From: a virus
Lineage: Duplodnaviria; Caudoviricetes
Reading direction: 5' to 3' (one strand)
Length of the DNA stretch: 64,000 bases
IMG/VR virus record: IMGVR_UViG_2871105481_000001
Location: 8,249-72,248 of that record
Made by a program: the position numbers and the translations under genes. This document shows, piece after piece, positions 58,794-64,000 of this stretch. The notes beneath the pieces are model-generated. The model saw only the letters and a list, made by a program, of their open reading frames with translations. It searched no databases and was not told the origin of the DNA. Position 1 is the first letter of the stretch. Each line of letters starts with the position of its first letter.

Positions 58794-58832
58794 CCCACTC
58801 CTCTGTAATAAGAGGGGACTAAAACAGAAGAT

Positions 58833-59072
58833 ATGGAACGTGAAATTTGGTATGATTTAGACCCTGATAATAATAAGAAAGACCCTGATACCAGCTTATT
58901 CTGTTGTCGGTGTAAGCGCAAATTAAAAGAAATTCAATCTTTTATATCAGTTGAGCTGCATCCTGATCATTACTGGGTTAGAAAAAATCCAATAGGTAAA
59001 CATTTATTAGGTAGTGAATGCGCAAAAAAATTAGAAAAAGTTCCAATAGAAATTATTGCAAAATATGGCTAA
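58833..59072 (+). CDS. Small Cys-containing hypothetical protein
   Basis: FCCRCKRKL...LGSECAKK. Confidence 0.55.
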   Translation: MEREIWYDLDPDNNKKDPDTSLFCCRCKRKLKEIQSFISVELHPDHYWVRKNPIGKHLLGSECAKKLEKVPIEIIAKYG

Positions 59073-59280
59073 TCATAGATGGGACGCACCAAATAGTAAA
59101 GTATCAGCTACATGTGTAAGATGTGGAATTTTAAGAATTTGCGTTTCAAAAAGATATACCTATTCTGGGTGGGAATATATCCTAATCGATGGTACTAATA
59201 AAACACTTTCAAGACCTGACTGTGTAATTAAAAATAAAACAACCAAAATAAAACGATATGAAAAGAGAGATAATTTTTAG
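59056..59280 (+). CDS. Small hypothetical protein
   Basis: HRW...CVRCG...RPDC. Confidence 0.45.
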   Translation: MQNMANHRWDAPNSKVSATCVRCGILRICVSKRYTYSGWEYILIDGTNKTLSRPDCVIKNKTTKIKRYEKRDNF

Positions 59281-59632
59281 AGGACTTACACTTGATGGGA
59301 AATGGAAATATGGATATTATTTTCGTCAAGGTGCTTTTAGTTTCATTCAAAATGAGAAAGGAGGAAATGAAGCTGTACTTCCTGAATCAGTAGGGCAGTT
59401 TACCGGTATTTTAGACTGCAAAGGCAATAGAATATTTGAAGGCGACATTTTGAAAGGAAAATATTTGGTTTACCATCAAGATCCTGAATTACTTCCAATA
59501 GAGCATGACATTTCAGGTGAAGTAAAATTTATAGAAGGATTTTTCGCCTGTGAAAACTTCTCATTTGTTTATCCAGAATACGAAGTTGAAATCACTGGCA
59601 ACATCCACGAAAGTTTAACCCCAAACAAATAA
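59258..59632 (+). CDS. YopX-family phage protein
   Basis: REIIFRG, VGQFTGILDCKGNRIFEGDIL, EITGNIHE. Confidence 0.85.
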   Translation: MKREIIFRGLTLDGKWKYGYYFRQGAFSFIQNEKGGNEAVLPESVGQFTGILDCKGNRIFEGDILKGKYLVYHQDPELLPIEHDISGEVKFIEGFFACENFSFVYPEYEVEITGNIHESLTPNK

Positions 59633-59634
59633 TA

Positions 59635-59943
59635 ATGAAAACCCTTGAACAAATAAAAGAAGAATTTGCTATAAGTCAACAATTTGATACTTGGAAGCGA
59701 TTAAAATATTTTTATAAGGATGATCAATGCGCTTTTGAAAATGTATTAGATGATATCTCACAACGTTACGCCCGCGAAGTAGCTCAGGCTTCTTTGCAGA
59801 AGGCAGCGGAGGAAGCTAATATGAAATATCATGATGGGCTTATAAAGCTTAATACACCTAAAAAATACATTCAATTAGGCGCTGACAATGTTCAGATAGA
59901 CAAAGAATCAATAACCAACGAATATAATATAGTAATGTTATGA
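59635..59943 (+). CDS. Hypothetical phage protein
   Basis: 102 aa, tightly packed. Confidence 0.55.
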   Translation: MKTLEQIKEEFAISQQFDTWKRLKYFYKDDQCAFENVLDDISQRYAREVAQASLQKAAEEANMKYHDGLIKLNTPKKYIQLGADNVQIDKESITNEYNIVML

Positions 59944-60221
59944 GCAAATTTAAAGGAACATCAGGAGACTGGGAGATAATAGAACATAACTGGTCAGATA
60001 CATCAATAATGTCAGGAGATAAAACTATTTGCACTGTTTCAATTTATGATGAAGCGACTGAGGAAACGCAAGATGAATTGGAAACAGAAGTTTCGGCAAA
60101 TTTCAAATTGATGAAACTAGCTCCAAGGATGTTAGAATTCATCACATCAATTGAAAGTAGTGAAGCACCTCCTTTTTATAGAAAAATGGCAAAACAAATT
60201 ATTAAAGAAGCAACAGAATGA
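59940..60221 (+). CDS. Hypothetical phage protein
   Basis: MSKFKGTSGDW...ANFKLMKLAPRML pattern. Confidence 0.6.
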   Translation: MSKFKGTSGDWEIIEHNWSDTSIMSGDKTICTVSIYDEATEETQDELETEVSANFKLMKLAPRMLEFITSIESSEAPPFYRKMAKQIIKEATE

Positions 60222-60508
60222 ACCTAACTGAATTAAATAAAGAAGCCCAGTCTCTTAAAGTATTTGCAGAAGATATGGGATGCAATGATTATGTAGCTGA
60301 GATTGTTAATGATTTTGCTGATAATATTGAAAATATAATTGAAAATCTTAATGATGACTATATTGATGAAATGGAAGCGTTTGATAATGCCAATAGTATA
60401 TTGGAAGATAGTAAAGACCACGCACAAAGCATTTTAGATTTAATAGATCCTTCCTTCGTTGTGGAAAAAGCATTACTTGAAAAAATAACATCATATGAAT
60501 TCATATAA
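60218..60508 (+). CDS. Acidic helical hypothetical protein
   Basis: 96 aa, ATGA overlap with the upstream gene. Confidence 0.55.
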   Translation: MNLTELNKEAQSLKVFAEDMGCNDYVAEIVNDFADNIENIIENLNDDYIDEMEAFDNANSILEDSKDHAQSILDLIDPSFVVEKALLEKITSYEFI

Positions 60509-60564
60509 TAAAGAAAAAGCAATTAAGGCTGCCTACGGGGAGCATTGGGACAAAGTGAAAGACT

Positions 60565-60810
60565 ATGTTGAGGATAATGGTCAACAATAATAAAATGTTA
60601 TTGAATTCATTGACTATTGAGTGGCTAGACAGTGAAAGCATTTATATTTCAATTTCAACATTAGGGCTTCAAAGCTGGTTTAAATATGAAATACAAGCGT
60701 TTTATCCATTAAGTAGAATGGAGAGTTTTGCAATGTACAGAACCCGCCAAGAAGCCACCGAAGCAGCAATTAAAAAGGCTGTGGAGATTTATAACGATAA
60801 ATACAAGTAA
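60565..60810 (+). CDS. Hypothetical protein (possibly N-terminally truncated)
   Basis: IEWLDS...TRQEATEAAIKKAVEIYN; start context poor. Confidence 0.45.
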   Translation: MLRIMVNNNKMLLNSLTIEWLDSESIYISISTLGLQSWFKYEIQAFYPLSRMESFAMYRTRQEATEAAIKKAVEIYNDKYK

Positions 60811-60811
60811 A

Positions 60812-61176
60812 ATGAGTAAAAAACAGCTTTACAGGAGCTACAGGATAAGATTAGTAATTTAGAAAAGCTTTCAAATAATATATCTCCGGATTATCCAAAT
60901 GATGTAAGGTATCTTACTGGTTATAAGGATGCGTTAAATTCCGTTAGAAAAATAATTGATGAGTCAAATTTAATTGAAAAGGAAAAACAGCAGATCATAA
61001 AGGCATACCATGATGGTCAAGTTATAGTTTTCAATTTACTAAAGAAAGCTTTTCCTAATTATAAATTCCCTTTAACCCAAGATGAAATTGATAAAATTGA
61101 ATGTGGATTAGATGTAAATGAGGATGCCGAAGACTATTTCAATTCTAAATACGGAAACAATGGTACTACGAATTAG
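60812..61176 (+). pseudogene. Hypothetical gene frameshifted in an A6 run after the start
   Basis: ATG 60812; adding one A at 60818-60823 gives MSKKTALQEL...EKEKQQIIKAYHDG... 121 aa ending at TAG 61176. Confidence 0.55.
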
Positions 61177-61396
61177 AATAACAGGCGAAATACTTTGTGC
61201 AGCTCATACAAAGCCGGAAGAAGGCGATACTTACCTTGATGATAATATTCACTACTTCCTGTCAGTATTAACCGGAGCTATTAAAGCAAGTGATAACCAC
61301 TTTGAAGATAATCTTTGGTTCTGGAATATTTTACCAGATCAACAAAAGCATTATGAAGAAATTTTAAAATACGGAAACCCGCAAGGAGAAGTATGA
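61118..61396 (+). CDS. Hypothetical protein
   Basis: Probable true start at MVLRIR; GEILCAAH..YLDDNIHYFL. Confidence 0.5.
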   Translation: MRMPKTISILNTETMVLRIRITGEILCAAHTKPEEGDTYLDDNIHYFLSVLTGAIKASDNHFEDNLWFWNILPDQQKHYEEILKYGNPQGEV

Positions 61397-61398
61397 TG

Positions 61399-61755
61399 TT
61401 ATCTATAATTTGGCTCATCTGAAAGATCTATATTATCAGTATCTTCAGAAGATAACTCATCAATAATATAATTTTTGATAATTTCAAACCTTTCTTTATC
61501 ATGAACTTTTAATGAGTCCATATATTTATATACTTTATCCTCCTTTAAATCATATTCTTTGTTTTTTCGAATCTGTTCTTTAGTAAGTACTTTTTTCTTA
61601 GGAGTTTCTGAACATGAATTAAACATCATAATCAGAATAAAAGTGTAGATATAATACCTCATAAAAATAATTTTTAACAAATATACCAAAACGAACAAAT
61701 CAATATTTACGGTTAGCCGTAAACTTTTATACATCACTAAGTTTAAATTTCTCAC
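61399..61755 (-). CDS. Opposite-strand membrane/lipoprotein-like moron
   Basis: ILIMMFNS-C lipobox-like segment; start probably internal (MRYY). Confidence 0.45.
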   Translation of the reverse strand: MRNLNLVMYKSLRLTVNIDLFVLVYLLKIIFMRYYIYTFILIMMFNSCSETPKKKVLTKEQIRKNKEYDLKEDKVYKYMDSLKVHDKERFEIIKNYIIDELSSEDTDNIDLSDEPNYR

Positions 61756-61918
61756 ATGAAAATATTCAAAAATCTGTCGCTTGAAGATAAACTGGAACTG
61801 GGGTTTGTAATTATTCTTTGCGTCATCGGAATTGTCATGCTCGTCGCCTGGTGGGATGATATATTTAACTTTTCATAAACCTCATTTATCCCTATATTAG
61901 TAACTTAAATTAAACTAC

Positions 61919-62107
61919 ATGAAAATACAACTAGACAGAAATAAAGAGACTTTAGAAGTGAATAAAGTAACTATCATAATGGATGATAAAGAGTTCGAAA
62001 TATCTATAAATAAATTCGGACAATTAGAAATCAATAAGGGATATTCCGAAGGTGATGGCGCTATTAAGATAACTCCATATATGTCAAATGAAATACGGAT
62101 AGAATAA
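61919..62107 (+). CDS. Small hypothetical protein
   Basis: 62 aa. Confidence 0.5.
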   Translation: MKIQLDRNKETLEVNKVTIIMDDKEFEISINKFGQLEINKGYSEGDGAIKITPYMSNEIRIE

Positions 62108-62127
62108 TTTATCCGTATTTTAGCTTC

Positions 62128-62331
62128 ATGGAACTCGAAGAAACTATTTGCGAAATTTTTAAGGCTAAGAAAATCAAAACTGGAGGGAACTGCGGAACCT
62201 ATGCAGCACAAATGTGCTATGATTTGGACATTTCTTTTCAGGATGTAAAACCAATTCTTGAAAAGTTAGAAGCTGAAGGAAAAATATTTTACCGTATAGG
62301 TGTTGCCGGAAGACTTATTTTCTGGAAATAA
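62128..62331 (+). CDS. Small winged-helix-like protein
   Basis: QMCYDLDISFQDVKPILEKLEAEGKIFYRIG wHTH-like pattern. Confidence 0.5.
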   Translation: MELEETICEIFKAKKIKTGGNCGTYAAQMCYDLDISFQDVKPILEKLEAEGKIFYRIGVAGRLIFWK

Positions 62332-62359
62332 ATTTATAATTTTAATTAATAATTAACCC

Positions 62360-62743
62360 ATGAACCCACAAGAATTACGCATAGGTAATTATGTATTATA
62401 TGCAGATGTACTATGTAAAGTAGATGGTTATAATAATGATGGTTTTTTAGAAACTAATGGTGTCATTGCTCCTATATCAGCATATGAACCAGTTATTATT
62501 ACAGAGAAAATATTAATAGATTTTGGTTTTACAAAAAAGTCTTTGAAGACAGAAAAACTTGTTACTGAATGCTTTTTTTATATTAAAAATCATGTAATTG
62601 TCTATCTATTAAATAATTCATTTGAAATTGAAGTAATAACATCAAGTGGACAGTTTAATCTTCATAAACAATGGAGATTCGTTCACCAACTCCAAAATAT
62701 ATACTATTATTTTAATAAAGAAGAATTAATATTAAATAAATAA
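62360..62743 (+). CDS. Hypothetical phage protein
   Basis: MNPQELRIGNYV...FVHQLQNIYY, a recurring Bacteroidota-phage pattern. Confidence 0.6.
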   Translation: MNPQELRIGNYVLYADVLCKVDGYNNDGFLETNGVIAPISAYEPVIITEKILIDFGFTKKSLKTEKLVTECFFYIKNHVIVYLLNNSFEIEVITSSGQFNLHKQWRFVHQLQNIYYYFNKEELILNK

Positions 62744-62766
62744 GGGGCAACTAAGCCCCTATTTTT
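62741..62766. terminator. Bidirectional terminator between the early operon and the integrase
   Basis: AGGGGC-aactaa-GCCCCT flanked by A and T runs. Confidence 0.65.
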
Positions 62767-62770
62767 ATTA

Positions 62771-64000
62771 TTAAATTTTTCTACTGTGATTATTCACCTG
62801 GTTTTTATAAACATTCCTTTTTTCTGTAATATAAATATTAGTCATCATTGTTGAGCTATGGCCAAATAAATGTCTTAATGCATCTTCAGACATTCCATCT
62901 TCTATTTTATGATTAGCACTTAGTTTTTTACCACTATAAAAAGTTCTATTTATACCTAATTCATCTTTAATTAAAACTTTCCATAGATTTGATAATGTTT
63001 TTCTTTTTATAGAATATTTATTAGGTTTAAAAGTCCTATCTTTTGGTAGTTTTGCTCCATATGGCACTGGAGTACCAAATAAGTAATATTCATTATCATA
63101 CCGTTGAATTCCAATATTAATTAATAAATCGTACAGATAACCGTTCATTGGTACATATCTAATTTTTGTACGTGATTTGTTGTTTTCGGGTACAATAATA
63201 ATAATTCGTTGTTCTAAATCAATGTGCTTTAATTGTAAATCAAGAATTTCACCAGGTCTAATTCCTGTATGATATTGAAAACAGAAGGCATTCCATAAAT
63301 TTGGATGATTTGTGATTAATTGATTTTTAATACGTTTAAATTCTTTTTCAGATGGAGGATCATGAAGTGATGATTGTTCTTGTTTTAATGTCGGAGCTTT
63401 CATCATAGGATTAATTTTAATCATTTCCATGTCGACACACTCTTGTAAAATGGTTTTTATATAACCTAAATTATTATTATAAGTTCTGTTACTCCATTTT
63501 CTTTTTTCTTTGACAATTTCTAAACATTGTCTAAAATGCATTTTAGATGAATCTTTTAATTTTAATTCATCCCATTTTTTTGCTTTAATTTCTTCAACTA
63601 AAAAATCAACTGCACCTTTATAGTCTGATTGGCTTTTAGGAGAAAGTTTTTTTGATCTTTCAGATAATGCTTTATACAAAGCTTCAATTAATGAAATATT
63701 AGATTCTTCAAAAACCGGAATAGTATTTAGTTTTTTTGACTTTTCAATCTCTTCAAAAATTTCATTTGGAATCAAGCCATTAGTTAAATTATTAATCAAC
63801 TCTTTCTTTAATTTATTGGCTTCTTTTAATCTTAATTCAAATGTATCATGGTCATTTATACCATGTGAATATCTTCGTATATATCTTTTACCTTCAATAG
63901 TAATTCGAAAATATACATACCATCTTTTAGGATTTTTTACTTCTTCTACAGGATAGGATACAATCTTAGGAGTTGTACAGTGAAGTTCTCTTTTTTTCAT
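62771..64000 (-). CDS. int: Phage integrase (tyrosine recombinase)
   Basis: N-terminal arm-binding-like WYVYF, SAM-like middle, HTGIRPGE, GHSS..MT.IY; start codon at the last base of the window. Confidence 0.9.
   Translation of the reverse strand: MKKRELHCTTPKIVSYPVEEVKNPKRWYVYFRITIEGKRYIRRYSHGINDHDTFELRLKEANKLKKELINNLTNGLIPNEIFEEIEKSKKLNTIPVFEESNISLIEALYKALSERSKKLSPKSQSDYKGAVDFLVEEIKAKKWDELKLKDSSKMHFRQCLEIVKEKRKWSNRTYNNNLGYIKTILQECVDMEMIKINPMMKAPTLKQEQSSLHDPPSEKEFKRIKNQLITNHPNLWNAFCFQYHTGIRPGEILDLQLKHIDLEQRIIIIVPENNKSRTKIRYVPMNGYLYDLLINIGIQRYDNEYYLFGTPVPYGAKLPKDRTFKPNKYSIKRKTLSNLWKVLIKDELGINRTFYSGKKLSANHKIEDGMSEDALRHLFGHSSTMMTNIYITEKRNVYKNQVNNHSRKI

Larger units (their letters stand above)
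1..64000. mobile_element. Temperate phage/prophage (podovirus-type, crAss-like/Flavobacteriia-phage structural module); boundaries not determined
   Basis: Contiguous lysis, tail, terminase/portal, ejection, capsid, antirepressor and integrase genes. No host housekeeping gene recognised; att sites not found. Confidence 0.9.

Noticed and set aside
767-61915. Many 60-125-aa antisense or nested ORFs in the track (e.g. 767-949, 4924-5265, 33021-33398, 40262-40612, 50712-51005)
   Set aside because: They overlap longer, motif-bearing genes on the other strand or frame and have no protein-like features.
1-64000. Stop-codon reassignment as in some crAss-like phages
   Set aside because: Long genes are intact in code 11, and TAG/TGA/TAA all end tightly packed genes. 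The two internal TAAs are isolated, and tRNA-Trp has a normal CCA anticodon.

Overview
An AT-rich stretch that reads almost entirely as one temperate tailed phage/prophage of a Bacteroidota (probably Flavobacteriia) host; the host call is inferred from TAnnTTTG/TTG promoters and A-rich, SD-less start regions. Left to right: metallophosphoesterase, GH19 endolysin, an oppositely oriented PglD/NeuD-type acetyltransferase, M15 endolysin/u-spanin/holin, tail fibre/spike genes (SGNH esterase, collagen repeats), an oppositely oriented terminase-portal block, a 3514-aa polyvalent ejection protein, further ejection/muzzle/ring/capsid/scaffold genes of crAss-like/Flavobacteriia-podovirus style, then accessory and early genes, tRNA-Trp, tRNA-Met, a tRNA-like RNA, an antirepressor, two tyrosine recombinases and an integrase starting exactly at the right edge. 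The main result is a complete diversity-generating retroelement (DGR): RT 56414-57376 and template repeat 56236-56309 with THREE variable repeats (41569-41634, 55676-55741, 56052-56125). By hand alignment, all 47 TR/VR mismatches fall on TR adenines. The targets are small paralogous non-tail proteins, one about 14.7 kb from the TR. No Avd is recognisable; instead an unknown 98-aa ORF overlaps the RT stop. Also notable: a P4-CI/P1-c4-like three-box RNA switch ahead of the antirepressor, and several single-lesion broken genes (decay or sequencing error). No replication genes, CI repressor or att sites could be identified. All product calls come from motif reading, not database searches.
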